64,000 nucleotides of DNA from an uncultured Armatimonadetes bacterium (GTDB taxonomy: Bacteria; Armatimonadota; UBA5829; DTJY01): assembly GCA_963717145.1 (NCBI GenBank), contig OY970325.1, forward strand, positions 4,896,001 through 4,960,000, read 5' to 3'. The translations under genes were made by a program, and so were the position numbers. The notes beneath the pieces were generated by a model, which saw nothing but the letters and a program-made list of their open reading frames with translations, searched no databases and was not told the origin of the DNA. Each line of letters opens with the position of its first letter. Positions within the stretch are counted from its first letter, which is position 1. This document shows, one piece after another, positions 21,302-32,039 of this stretch.

Positions 21302-22417
21302 GTGACGAGTGGATCTACTCTGGAAGGCTATACCAGCAGGCGGGGAGAGATCTGTTTTCTCGCCTCCATGGCCGATATGTTGTCGTACCTGGGAAGCCCA
21401 GTTACTGAGGATATTCTCTTTGCGATGGGGGTCGGGCTGGACTTCCGTTTTGGTCTAATCATCGGCGAGAAGATGCCCCGTTCCCGGCAACGACAGCGCT
21501 TGAAGGTCTGTTGTGTCGATACCATGGCAAACCTGTGCGATTGGGTGCACATTTGTCGCACCTATGGCGTTAATCTGGCACAGCGCGAGTTCTCGGCATT
21601 GCAGGAAATGCAAGATTGCTGTCGTGAGGAATTACGCATGGCTCGACCCGTGCTCATCTCAGTCGATATCTACTACCTTGGTTACCACCCCAGTGTGAGC
21701 AAGGTGCATGCCGGCCATACGGTCGTGTTGTGTGGGATGGATTTGGCTGCCGGGACGGCATGGATCGCCGATAACCATACCGCAACGTTGGCATCAAACA
21801 CGTTTGCTGGAACGATCCCAATCTCCGACTTAATGAAGGCGATCGATCTTCGGAAGACGGATTCCTCCCTGACTGCCATATGCTGGACGATGCATCCTGT
21901 TGCAGACGCCAGGCCTTTCCTGATTTCAGAAGTTCCTATGCAACTTCAGCGCTCGGGCGCTGCCATTCTTGCTGGCGGCAAAGATGGCCGACTTTACCGT
22001 GGTGGAGATGCATTCCGCCAACTGGCCGAGTATCTGAATGACCTGGCCGTGGCAGTGCCCACACAAGCGTGGTCGGAAAAACTCCGTGGGTTGCATATGT
22101 CGATCACGGGACTCGGGGGCCCAGTTCCCACCCGCAGCCTGTTCGCGCGGTTCTTGGGTAGAATGTATGCGGAGAAAGCCATTTGCCTTAAGCCTGGTCT
22201 CGATGAATCATATGCACGGATAAGCCAGGAATGGCGCATATTGTCGACGCTGTTACTGAAAGCGGCCTCAACCGATGAATCGGAGTGCGTACGACGTGCT
22301 GCCGGACGTCTGGCAGCGGTTACTGAAGAAGAGGAGCGATTGGCAAGAATGCTCTGCGAGGTGTCGGTGGATCTGAGAGACGATCACATCGCTGCAACCT
22401 TGGCATGCCCTGATTAA
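21302..22417 (+). CDS. BtrH-like (C39/papain-fold) ACP-dependent acyltransferase
   Basis: Cys (ICFLAS), VDIYYLGY, His (HAGHTVVLCG) and Asp (IADN) motifs, a DUF4872-like helical C-terminus, and a position between two ACPs. Confidence 0.75.
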   Translation: MTSGSTLEGYTSRRGEICFLASMADMLSYLGSPVTEDILFAMGVGLDFRFGLIIGEKMPRSRQRQRLKVCCVDTMANLCDWVHICRTYGVNLAQREFSALQEMQDCCREELRMARPVLISVDIYYLGYHPSVSKVHAGHTVVLCGMDLAAGTAWIADNHTATLASNTFAGTIPISDLMKAIDLRKTDSSLTAICWTMHPVADARPFLISEVPMQLQRSGAAILAGGKDGRLYRGGDAFRQLAEYLNDLAVAVPTQAWSEKLRGLHMSITGLGGPVPTRSLFARFLGRMYAEKAICLKPGLDESYARISQEWRILSTLLLKAASTDESECVRRAAGRLAAVTEEEERLARMLCEVSVDLRDDHIAATLACPD

Positions 22418-22438
22418 GACAAGAGGTGGACACAAACC

Positions 22439-22717
22439 ATGAATTACAACGAAAAGATTGCTGCCGTCGAAGACACAATTGCCAACATCTTCACGGAATT
22501 TCTGCGCCTATCCGAGCGGGAAGATGCCAGTCAGGTACCTCATCTTGATACATACAGCCTGAACTCCATAGACGCGCTTGAGGTGCTGCTGCGCGTCGAG
22601 AAGGAATTCGGCATCGAGATTGCAGATGAGGATCTCAATGCCGATCTACTTACGAATCAGCATAGCCTGGCAGCCTACGTTGTTCGCTGCCTGGCCGAAA
22701 CACAACGCAACGAGTAG
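22439..22717 (+). CDS. Acyl carrier protein
   Basis: LNSIDALEVLLRVEKEFGIEIADEDL signature. Confidence 0.85.
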   Translation: MNYNEKIAAVEDTIANIFTEFLRLSEREDASQVPHLDTYSLNSIDALEVLLRVEKEFGIEIADEDLNADLLTNQHSLAAYVVRCLAETQRNE

Positions 22718-22765
22718 CTCCGGTATGCTGGAATCTGCTGATGGTATTCCAGCGGGGAATGCACG

Positions 22766-24457
22766 ATGTACATACTAGGTCTTGGTGGTTCTGACCACGA
22801 CGTGTCTGCGGCCCTCCTAGAAAACGATCGAATCGTATGCGCAATCGAGGAGGAACGCGTCAGCAGAATGAAGTACGGGTTGGGCGGAAATCTATTGCTC
22901 GGTCAGGCCCGCAGACATGTTCTGAGCGAGGCTAGACTCCGGTTAGACCAAGTTGATATGGTAGTAGTGGACGACATATTACCCAAGACTGCAACCTTCA
23001 CGGTGCGTGGCCATAATGTACACCTTGTCAATCATCATCTGCTACACGCCGCGAGTGCGTTCTACCCATCACCTTTCGAAGCCGCTGCCATTCTGATCGT
23101 CGACGGTGCAGGATCGCTGATCGAGTATCGGGGCAAGAGGGGTATTGAGTGCCTTACGTATGCCTATGGCACCGGCAATACCATCCACACCCTTGACAAG
23201 ATCATCGGAGAGAAATACCATATCGCACCGCTCGGATACTCTACGCCCTATCAAAAAGGCGATCCGGATAATTCGCTCGGGTACTTCTACAGGCTCATCT
23301 CCCACTATTGTGGTTTCAACTATGTCAACACCGAGCACTTCTTCTTCACGGAGGACGGGAAGACGATGGGGCTGGCTCCCTATGGCTCTGATGCGTACTG
23401 GCCACTCATTCGCCCATTTGTCGACCTGTTAGATGAGGGTCAAATCCGCATTGATCTGCGTTCTGGCGAGTTTGAGCAAGTCCTAGAGAGTATTGTCCGG
23501 GAATCGCTGGGTGCAGAAGATGATTTGACGCGACGTGCTGATCTGGCGTGGGCAGGGCAGAAGGTCCTCGAGGAAGCACTGGTTCATGCAGCGCGCTACC
23601 TTTATACGAAAACGCAGTGTCCGTACCTGTGTATCGCCGGCGGCGTAGGGCTAAACAGTGTTGCCAACGGCAAGATTCTTGTGGACACGCCCTTCGAAGA
23701 GATCTTTGTGCAACCTGCCAGTGGTGATGGCGGCACCTCTCTTGGTGCGGCACTATGGGGTTACTATGGTATCCAGGGGCATGAACGCAAGTCCACTGAT
23801 CGGCTCATAATGCGCAATGCTTATCTTGGGCGAGAGTATCGGGAAGACGAGATAATGGAAGCCTTGCGCCAGTTCCCATCCATACAATGGGAACTACTCG
23901 AGGATCTGCCCGCCACCACAGCACGTTTGATCGTCGATGGCAAGATAGTCGGGATGTTCCAAGGAGGTTCTGAGTTCGGTCCGAGAGCCCTTGGACATAG
24001 GAGCATTCTCGCAAATCCGATGCTGCCCGGAATGAAGGATCATCTGAACAACCGCGTCAAGTTCCGCGAGCCCTTCCGCCCATTTGCCCCCGCAGTCTTG
24101 TTCGAGCACCAGGCAGATTACTTCGAGATTAGGCAATATACGCCATTCATGCTGATTGTTGCTGAGGTCAAGCCCGAGAAGCGGTTCGCCATTCCCGCCG
24201 TCACACACGTTGACGGTACGGCTCGCGTCCAGAGCGTATCCAAAGAAGATCATGGCGTCTTCTACGACGTGATACATGCGTTCTACGAGATCACAGGTGT
24301 ACCCATCGTTCTCAACACTTCCTTCAACGTAAAAGGAGAACCGATAGTCGAGAGCCCGGTGGACGCGCTGAAATGCTTTCTCGGAACCGGTATCGATAAC
24401 CTGGTGCTGGGACCCTACCTTGTAAACAAGTCGCCTGGCAGCGATGAGGCGATCTAA
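22766..24457 (+). CDS. Carbamoyltransferase (NodU/CmcH/TobZ family)
   Basis: EEERVSR.K, HHLLHAASAF, GK.MGLAPYG, EFGPRALGHRS, KFREPFRPFAP and LNTSFN motifs. Confidence 0.95.
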   Translation: MYILGLGGSDHDVSAALLENDRIVCAIEEERVSRMKYGLGGNLLLGQARRHVLSEARLRLDQVDMVVVDDILPKTATFTVRGHNVHLVNHHLLHAASAFYPSPFEAAAILIVDGAGSLIEYRGKRGIECLTYAYGTGNTIHTLDKIIGEKYHIAPLGYSTPYQKGDPDNSLGYFYRLISHYCGFNYVNTEHFFFTEDGKTMGLAPYGSDAYWPLIRPFVDLLDEGQIRIDLRSGEFEQVLESIVRESLGAEDDLTRRADLAWAGQKVLEEALVHAARYLYTKTQCPYLCIAGGVGLNSVANGKILVDTPFEEIFVQPASGDGGTSLGAALWGYYGIQGHERKSTDRLIMRNAYLGREYREDEIMEALRQFPSIQWELLEDLPATTARLIVDGKIVGMFQGGSEFGPRALGHRSILANPMLPGMKDHLNNRVKFREPFRPFAPAVLFEHQADYFEIRQYTPFMLIVAEVKPEKRFAIPAVTHVDGTARVQSVSKEDHGVFYDVIHAFYEITGVPIVLNTSFNVKGEPIVESPVDALKCFLGTGIDNLVLGPYLVNKSPGSDEAI

Positions 24458-25099
24458 TGGATGATAGCGACCTGGATTGGCGGCCGACCGAGTACGGAGT
24501 ATCTATATCCCAACCTGCTCTGCAATCTGGCGTGTGCCATGAGCTATGCCGGCGGACACCATGACAGTCACTTGAAGGTTGTATTCGATCCTATACGCGG
24601 GTGTCAGACTCTCCGGGATGGCCTCATCATCTCGACAACCGGCATGGTCAGGGGCTGTACTGCCACGGTTTTCGGCAGATGATTGCTACGTCGGAAATGC
24701 CAGAAGGGAGCCATGGGGGTCCTATGTAAACGTCTCATCTATATATGAGGGTGGCTAAAGGATCGGGAAACGTCCCTCAAAACCAAGGAGACTTGCTCTT
24801 CCTGTGCCTATTGGAACTCGTGCCCAGGTGGGTGCCCCGCCGTTGCATACCAATATCATGGATTCCTCGATAGTGCCGATCCAACTTGTAGACAGGGTGA
24901 TATCTGTATGTCAGCTCCACCCTAGTACCTAGTTGCGGAAGTTCCTGACATCAAATGTGGCTGAGTTCACGCTCAATAGTGGCATTTTCATCAGCAATGG
25001 ATTTGCGCAACTTACTACTAGGCAGACCATCTTCAAGAAACTATGACGTCGCCCTGACCATACCCACCGTGGGGTAGAATCAGGGATAGCAGGTGGAAC

Positions 25100-28000
25100 G
25101 TGACCAAGCATCCTTTGTCTAACCAACAACGCCGCATCTATAGCCTGGCGAAACTCCAACCAACTAGTTCTATGTGGAACGCCGGCTTCTTTGAGAGGTA
25201 TGAAGGCACATTCGACGTTGAATGCTTGCGGCAGTCAGTAGGGCATCTTGTACGCAAACACACGATACTACGCGTTAGAGTTGATGAGAGTGATGGCAAA
25301 GTGCCCTGTTGTGTGGATGGCGGTTATTCAGTATCCCAGTTATTCACGCATATCCCACTGCATGCAAGTGCGACAGGTGTGAGCGATGAACAGATTCGGC
25401 GCATGTGCATTGCCGAGATCTGCCAACCATTTGACCTGGAACAGGGGCCACTGTTTCGATGCAAGTTGTTGACGACCGAGCCCCATGAAGCATACTTCAT
25501 CGCGGTGATTCATCATGTGATCAGCGACTTCCTCTCGGCCCGTACTATCAAGCGAGAGTTGATTTCGGTATACAACCACTTGTATACCGGTGGGCAGATC
25601 CGTGATTCACATGTCGCCCAATATTCAGATTACATTGTGCATCAGCAAGCTGATCGTCGGGCACAAGAGCTTGACCGTCATTACTGGGCATCGCAGTACC
25701 AGAAACCAGTGCCGCCATTGAACCTGCCTACGGATTATCCTCGACCGCCAATCCCGTCGTATATGGGCGACTATGAGGAGTTTACACTGGATAAGCGTTT
25801 GCATGAGCGGCTGAATGCATTTGCCATCAGGCATCGGCTGCCGTTGTCAACTGTGTTGTTGGCAAACTTCTACCTGTTGTTGTCCCGGCATAGCGGAGAG
25901 CAGGATATTGCCGTCGGGATCCACTACTCGAAACGGCACTGCTACGGATTCGACTTTGATCACACAGTCGGGAATTTCGTCCACACTCTCCCCGTGCGAA
26001 TCTCGTATGATCGGGCTGGACGCAGTGTACTGGATTGCGTGCAGAGAATAGGCACGTGCCTGGACGAAGCCTACTCGCATCATAACAGTCCCTTTGATCA
26101 TATGGTTAGTGCGATCGGGTCGGCAGAGGATGCTTTGCAGGTCTCGCCATACCAGGCTGAATTCAACTTTATTAGCACTAGTGGAGCAGAAGATCAGGAG
26201 TCCTTCCTAGGCCTCCAGCTTCACTTCATGGATGACCAAGTGAACACATCAGCACAGGCGGATATCGGATTGCATGTCGTCAATTTCAAGAATGGGCTCG
26301 TGTCGAGTGAAATGAAGCTAATAGTATTGTATGCAACTGATCTGTTTACCCAGAAACACATCGCTAGGATGGTCAGACAGTTTATCCATATTCTGTCGCA
26401 GGTGGTTCAGTCACCGGATGCCAGCCTAGCGTCCATCAGCCTGATTGACGACGCGGAATTTGACCAGGTTATCAGACGATTTAACGACACTGGCTACTCG
26501 TATCCCACGGGCCGGCTCATTTCGGAGTTGATCGAAGAAGCTGCCAGGCAGTATCCAGGCAACACTGCACTTGTGTGTGAAGACGATAGGTTGACGTATC
26601 AGCAACTCGTATCGAAGGTGAACTGTCGGGCGGCATATCTTCACGACCGGGGGTTCGGTCCCGGGATGGTAGCTGGCATACTGCTGGGGGCTTCTATAGA
26701 GGCGCTAATATGGTTGCTAGCTGTACTCCATGCCGGGGGAGTGTACCTACCCTTAGATCCGATGCATCCGAAAGAGCGCTTATCTTTCATGCTGAAAGAC
26801 TCCGGCGCATCATTGCTTCTGACAAGAAGCCTCTTTCTCTCAGAGGCTGCCCTATATGCCGGGGAAGTGGTCTGCATAGACACCGTGAGAGACAACCCAA
26901 GGCATCTCGACCCAGTCAAGCTGCTATCAGCATCCACCGATGCGGCATGTCTCATTTATGTCTCAGGATCCGCCGGAACTCCCAACGCGACTCTGATCTC
27001 GCATCGTGCGATACTGAACCTTGTCTTTGGCATCAGGGATATTATACCATTCTCCCAGGGGAAGTGCATGCTGTGCAGTGCGCCACATGTGTCTCATAGG
27101 TTCATATTGGAATCGTTGATCCCGCTGTCGCAGGGGATGAAGGTTGTCATAGCAACGGTTGAGCAGCAACAAGGATCCGAACGCCTTGCCGAAGTCATCG
27201 CTCGCAATAACGTCGAGATGATACAGGCCGTTCCGTCGCAGATGCAACTGATTGTTGAGACGGAGGCCTATTGCCTGGCGAATCTATCTGAGATACTGGT
27301 CGGTGGAGAGGTGCTCTCGGCTGAGTTGTTCGAAGCTCTGTCCGGTGCTACGTCTGCAACAATATATCACACGTATGGACTCACGGAGGCCACCGGCTGC
27401 TGCACGGTGAAATGCGTCAGGAATAAGGAAGACCTCACCATCGGTCGCCCCATCGCAAACACTGCGGTGTATGTTCTGGATGCCCAACTAAGGCCAATGC
27501 CGGTAGGGACGCCTGGCGAGTTGTTCATCGGCGGACACGGGCTGGCTATCGGCTATCTGAACCGGAGTGCACTGACTGCAGCCAGCTTTCTCCCCAATCC
27601 CTTTTCACCAGGTGGGTATATCTACCGCACTGGCGATCTTGCGCGCTGGAAGGACAACGGTGAGATTGAATACATTGGTCGCATCGATAACCAGGTAAAG
27701 GTCCGAGGCTTCAGAGTCGAACTTGGTGAGATAGAGTCAGTGCTGTCAGAGCATGCCGATGTGAGAGAGGCAGTGGTGATAGCCAGGGAAGACAGTCCTG
27801 GAGACAAGAGACTAGTGGCCTATGTAGTTATGGCAAAAGCAAGTCAGACCTCAACACTGTCACTCCGATCTTTTCTTAGGGGAAGATTGCCCCATTACAT
27901 GATTCCTTCGTCGTTTGTTGTGTCCGACGAACTGCCCTGCACTCCGGGTGGAGACGTTGATAGAAAGAGACTCCTATTACTAGGTGGTGACATGATGCTC

Positions 28001-28249
28001 GCCGGACTAGGCTATATTCCTCCGACCAGTCTGGTTGAGAAAGCCATTGCAGCAGTGTTCCAGGATGTCCTTGGCGTTGAGAGGGTTGGGCTGAGGGATA
28101 CGTTTTTCGATCTTGGAGGGCACTCACTGTCTGCTCTCACTGTGATCTCGAGAATCCACGACGCCTTAGGGGTACAGATTCCTCCGATTAGACTCTTTAC
28201 CCGGAATCTTGGACAGATTGCTGAGGAATGTGCACAGATCGGCAAGTAG
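25100..28249 (+). CDS. Single-module NRPS (C-A-T) with degenerate adenylation domain
   Basis: C domain HHVISD; A domain YRTGD and GRIDNQVKVRGFRVELGEIE; T domain GGHSL. Motifs A3, A4 and A10 are altered. Confidence 0.9.
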   Translation: MTKHPLSNQQRRIYSLAKLQPTSSMWNAGFFERYEGTFDVECLRQSVGHLVRKHTILRVRVDESDGKVPCCVDGGYSVSQLFTHIPLHASATGVSDEQIRRMCIAEICQPFDLEQGPLFRCKLLTTEPHEAYFIAVIHHVISDFLSARTIKRELISVYNHLYTGGQIRDSHVAQYSDYIVHQQADRRAQELDRHYWASQYQKPVPPLNLPTDYPRPPIPSYMGDYEEFTLDKRLHERLNAFAIRHRLPLSTVLLANFYLLLSRHSGEQDIAVGIHYSKRHCYGFDFDHTVGNFVHTLPVRISYDRAGRSVLDCVQRIGTCLDEAYSHHNSPFDHMVSAIGSAEDALQVSPYQAEFNFISTSGAEDQESFLGLQLHFMDDQVNTSAQADIGLHVVNFKNGLVSSEMKLIVLYATDLFTQKHIARMVRQFIHILSQVVQSPDASLASISLIDDAEFDQVIRRFNDTGYSYPTGRLISELIEEAARQYPGNTALVCEDDRLTYQQLVSKVNCRAAYLHDRGFGPGMVAGILLGASIEALIWLLAVLHAGGVYLPLDPMHPKERLSFMLKDSGASLLLTRSLFLSEAALYAGEVVCIDTVRDNPRHLDPVKLLSASTDAACLIYVSGSAGTPNATLISHRAILNLVFGIRDIIPFSQGKCMLCSAPHVSHRFILESLIPLSQGMKVVIATVEQQQGSERLAEVIARNNVEMIQAVPSQMQLIVETEAYCLANLSEILVGGEVLSAELFEALSGATSATIYHTYGLTEATGCCTVKCVRNKEDLTIGRPIANTAVYVLDAQLRPMPVGTPGELFIGGHGLAIGYLNRSALTAASFLPNPFSPGGYIYRTGDLARWKDNGEIEYIGRIDNQVKVRGFRVELGEIESVLSEHADVREAVVIAREDSPGDKRLVAYVVMAKASQTSTLSLRSFLRGRLPHYMIPSSFVVSDELPCTPGGDVDRKRLLLLGGDMMLAGLGYIPPTSLVEKAIAAVFQDVLGVERVGLRDTFFDLGGHSLSALTVISRIHDALGVQIPPIRLFTRNLGQIAEECAQIGK

Positions 28250-28472
28250 ACAGGTATGGCAAGCCTGCATTGTGCTCTCGCCGGTCCCTCCGGCACAAAG
28301 GCTAGGTTGCCCTCAGATATCGACTCCGTAGGCAGAAGGTCAGTTTCCTGGTCATCCACCGGCGGTTCCAATCGCTCCAGCTCGGCCTCAACTGAGATAG
28401 CGGGTTCGATGAGCCGGCCGAGATAGGTGCCAGTGTCGATCTCGCCCCAATGCCATCTGATACCAGTGCTTA

Positions 28473-30392
28473 CTATATGGTACCAGCGGGCACTTTTCCG
28501 GGTGGCACCACGGATGGCATGGGACGGAGTGGGAGTTCCAGCAGTGCGCAGCCGGTGCTGTAGATCAGGGGAAGATACTCATTCCGATGGGTCAGCTGCA
28601 CGTCATCTGTTATGCGAACTTCCCAGCGTGGGGCTTCGTCGCTTCGCCTGATATCGGTCGGCGATTGAACCGCGGAGGGGCACCCAACTGGTGTGGCTGG
28701 GCTTTCCGGTTGCGAGGGCTCGCCATTGACGATGGTCACGCCCTCGGCGATCTCCTCAATAGTGTCGGCCGCGATCGTGAATGCATGCTTGTTAGAGGCT
28801 TCCCCTTCACAGACCCACCCAGTGCGTGCCAGGAAATCAGCGGCTGGCAGGTTGCGCTCAGTGGGTTGGAATTCCACCGTAATGACCGCGATCCCGTGAT
28901 CTTCACAGTAGCTCTTGAGAAAGGTGAGCATGGCATCCTCGATGGCGCGTCCCAATACGCGGCAACTCAACAGGAATGTGTTCAGATACATGATCCTGCC
29001 ACGTGTCTCCGCAATGATGGCACCTACCAGGCCATAGGCGCCAAAGCGATCGATCACGCTGATGCTCCAACCGACCCACCCCGGCGCGATGAGCTGATGC
29101 CGGATCTCTTCTTCTGTCCGCTTGTGGGGGCGCAGATTGAACTGATTGGTCCGCTGAGTCAGCTGTGCTATCCGCCGCAATTGTTCCTCCTGGATCGGTT
29201 GAATATAGACCTGGAGGTTGAGGTTGGCAAGGAAGTCCGCCAGAGTACCGGTTGTCGCCTTCAAGCGCTGCCTTTCCTGCTCGCGGGTGTACATCACCGT
29301 CCGTTGCCGATCCTCTTCTGTCACTGTCAGGGCATCGAATGCCCATACATGAGCGAGGAAGAGCGGGATCTGCGCGTGATCCTCGGGAAGTTGCAGGGTC
29401 AGAACCTCCGGGCAGTGCTTCATCACCTCGGCGCACTCAAGTGGACTATCGTCGAGGAACACGAAGCTAGCGAGCCCGAGCTGTAGTGCTTCAGCCAGTG
29501 CTTGGAGATTTGCGGATTTGGCGTCCCAGTTGATGCGCCAGCCAACCAAGTGCTTGCGGGAGAGCACCATATCTGTGTGGTCATTGAATACCCTCCAGAC
29601 ATCGTCTTCCATGTTCTTGCTGCACAGTGCGAGTAGGAAACCTCGATCATGCTGCGAGAGCAGGAATTGCTGAAGATATCGGTACGGTGTGTCGATAGTG
29701 ACACCATTAACACCATCTTCGCTACAGACGCCGTTCCAGAGCGTATTGTCGCAATCCACCACGATTACCTTGAATGGGTGTTGGCGGTGGATGCCGCGCA
29801 CTATGCGGGTGATAGCTGTGCCCAACGCGGCGTAGTACATCTCGGTGAACGGCATGTGTCCCGCCACATCCGCAGTGCGGTCAAACACCGCCGGGATCTG
29901 ATATAACTGGGTCAACGCCATGCCGTCGACCACGAAGACATGATCCATTTGCGCGAGGTCGTGCCGCCAGTGGGCGTTGAGCAACTCTAGGCACTCCGCG
30001 ACCGATGGCTCCAAGTATGGCGAGACTGGAAAGAGGCCGACGCAGTACGGCACACGCTTGGGCGTGTGCTGAAACAGTGTGACGAACTCGGTATAGAGTT
30101 CCTCGAGCAGACGACACTGCTGGGCGGGTGGCGCGTTGTTGAACCTGAGCCAATCCTCGAAACGGACCAGCAACACGTTTACCCCCGTATTGGTTGCAAG
30201 CAGGCTCGTCGCGTCCATGAGCTGCTGGTGTACCTGGTGGTAGGGGGCAAAACGCACCTCGATCTCCTCGCCGAAGCGCGCACCCCACGAGGTGATGTAC
30301 TCACCAATGGGTTCAGCGGTGAACGTGGCGCTCACCACCACGCAGAGCGGCACCGGCGTTCTGAAATCCAGGCAATTCGTTGTAGGGTTCAT
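28473..30392 (-). CDS. FkbH-like protein (HAD-IIIC glyceryl transferase with acetyltransferase-like domain)
   Basis: DCDNTLW.G, CSKN, FLDDS, QLTQRTNQFN, DRFGAYGLVG and LLSCRVLGR motifs. Confidence 0.92.
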   Translation of the reverse strand: MNPTTNCLDFRTPVPLCVVVSATFTAEPIGEYITSWGARFGEEIEVRFAPYHQVHQQLMDATSLLATNTGVNVLLVRFEDWLRFNNAPPAQQCRLLEELYTEFVTLFQHTPKRVPYCVGLFPVSPYLEPSVAECLELLNAHWRHDLAQMDHVFVVDGMALTQLYQIPAVFDRTADVAGHMPFTEMYYAALGTAITRIVRGIHRQHPFKVIVVDCDNTLWNGVCSEDGVNGVTIDTPYRYLQQFLLSQHDRGFLLALCSKNMEDDVWRVFNDHTDMVLSRKHLVGWRINWDAKSANLQALAEALQLGLASFVFLDDSPLECAEVMKHCPEVLTLQLPEDHAQIPLFLAHVWAFDALTVTEEDRQRTVMYTREQERQRLKATTGTLADFLANLNLQVYIQPIQEEQLRRIAQLTQRTNQFNLRPHKRTEEEIRHQLIAPGWVGWSISVIDRFGAYGLVGAIIAETRGRIMYLNTFLLSCRVLGRAIEDAMLTFLKSYCEDHGIAVITVEFQPTERNLPAADFLARTGWVCEGEASNKHAFTIAADTIEEIAEGVTIVNGEPSQPESPATPVGCPSAVQSPTDIRRSDEAPRWEVRITDDVQLTHRNEYLPLIYSTGCALLELPLRPMPSVVPPGKVPAGTI

Positions 30393-30727
30393 TCACCTCA
30401 CCGCCGGACAGCTTGCACATCCTGCGGTGCGGGTGGTGCTACTGTCCTATCTGCACAGATGATCTCACACGTATCGGGCCGTGAAACTCCGCTGGGGAGT
30501 TTGAGCAACCTGGATCTCCCCGAGCCTCTTGGCACGAGGATTACGGTGCCCTCTTCCTATATCCCTTGATCAGACCGAGCCCTCTCCACGATGCTATCGA
30601 TTGGATAAGTGCTTGTGCGCCCGCGCCATTCTCCTGTAGTGCTTGAAGACGGAGACGATATAACCGAGTGGCCGCGAGTCGTAGATACTTGTCGAGGCCT
30701 ATGCTGTCGGTTCATGAATGATCCTTT

Positions 30728-31981
30728 CTAGTGCGGCGTGGCGGTACGTTTGCGCAGTTCAAATGATTGCCCGTGACATGCAGGACAACTGGCTGCTTTC
30801 AGTGCCTCGATTGTCTTGATCTCCTGCGTGGTCCCGACTTCAATAAGTAGCTGGCAGCTCATGCAGCGGTAGGAGCGTACCGTGCACCTTAGTTCCCCGG
30901 TATAGATGGCACCCTCGAATGCTTCCTTCACCATCGGTGAAGTCTTGCTGGTGGTGTGCAGAATCATCATCTGCCCGGTGCCAGCAATAATCCCTGCGCC
31001 CTCGTACTGGCTGAAACGTGGAATCACCTCGGTGATGATCAGGCCCATATCGAGCAAGGACCGCTGCATGTTCAGCGTGAATCCCGGTGGCTTGTGGGCA
31101 AAGGAGAAGAAGACTGCAAGGTCTGGTTGCTGTTTCAAGGCTTCAATGCCACGCGAGAGGAACAGCTCCATGCCGGGAAGGGTGTAGGGAGGATCCGTAA
31201 GGAAACAGTCGTATTGGTCCTGTAGCACATCTGGCAACGGTTGCCGCACATCAACGGTCTGGCAATCGATCGGCAACCCCAGCATTTGTGCGGCATGCGA
31301 GATGTATGCGGTGAACCGTGAATCGATATCCAGCACCGTAATGACGCCGGTTCTGCCGGTGCGTTCTGGGATGACCTTCTTAAGCAATACTCCGAGTGAT
31401 ATGCTCACCAGATCATCATCGCCAATGCATAGGATGCGTTTGCCAACCAGCGATCCATGTTGGAGGCAGAGGACGGCCCGCCGAAGGCTGGTCTCTATAG
31501 TGCATTTCGACTGATCGATGGACACGTCCACCTGGGGACGCTCGGCGAAGATCTGCGCTAACACGGGCTGCTCGCTGGCAAAGTCATGCGCCATGTCCCA
31601 GGTGCCGTTCTTGAAGCGGGTATACTGCGGGATATCGAGGCCGGCGTACCCTAGGGTACGCTCGACGTAAACTCTGCCTTGATGCGTCAGGATGGTGCCG
31701 TTGCCCTGAGCAGCAACCAATCCCCGTTTCTTGAGTTCGTTCTTGATCGCGGCGATCACCGGCACGGGCAGCAGCACCTTGAGTGCAAGCTCTTTGGTTG
31801 AGAGACCGGTGTTGAGCATCAGAGAGAGCATGATATTCTCCAGTACAACAGTGCCCTCCTGCAGCTTCACTGCATGGGCGACATCCTGCAACATATCTTC
31901 CACTGGTGTCTCCTCTAGGTTGAACTCGAAGTGTTGGCTGATATGGAACCTGTCGCTGCGTGGAACGTGACAGGAGTACAT
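30728..31981 (-). CDS. BpsA/DUF43-like aminopropyltransferase (branched-chain polyamine synthase family)
   Basis: GDDDLVS, LDID and TDPPYT motifs, an N-terminal winged HTH-like segment and a C-terminal CxxC...CxxC. True start may be further downstream. Confidence 0.8.
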   Translation of the reverse strand: MYSCHVPRSDRFHISQHFEFNLEETPVEDMLQDVAHAVKLQEGTVVLENIMLSLMLNTGLSTKELALKVLLPVPVIAAIKNELKKRGLVAAQGNGTILTHQGRVYVERTLGYAGLDIPQYTRFKNGTWDMAHDFASEQPVLAQIFAERPQVDVSIDQSKCTIETSLRRAVLCLQHGSLVGKRILCIGDDDLVSISLGVLLKKVIPERTGRTGVITVLDIDSRFTAYISHAAQMLGLPIDCQTVDVRQPLPDVLQDQYDCFLTDPPYTLPGMELFLSRGIEALKQQPDLAVFFSFAHKPPGFTLNMQRSLLDMGLIITEVIPRFSQYEGAGIIAGTGQMMILHTTSKTSPMVKEAFEGAIYTGELRCTVRSYRCMSCQLLIEVGTTQEIKTIEALKAASCPACHGQSFELRKRTATPH

Positions 31982-32005
31982 ACCGATGCGTCAGTTTTGA
32001 CCCTA

Positions 32006-32034
32006 AGTATACAATAATGTGCTGGCTCCGTCAA
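32006..32034 (-). promoter_or_regulatory. sigma70 promoter of the bpsA-like/fkbH unit
   Basis: Minus strand TTGACG-17 bp-TATACT. Confidence 0.7.
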
Positions 32035-32039
32035 GGTCG

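Noticed and set aside
24460-25099. Long intergenic gap with possible IS-end-like words
   Set aside because: No convincing inverted-repeat pair, TSD or ORF.
30400-30720. Possible decayed cupin gene between fkbH and the bpsA-like gene
   Set aside because: Fragments (HKH, EEGTVILVPRG) are broken by stops and too weak to call.
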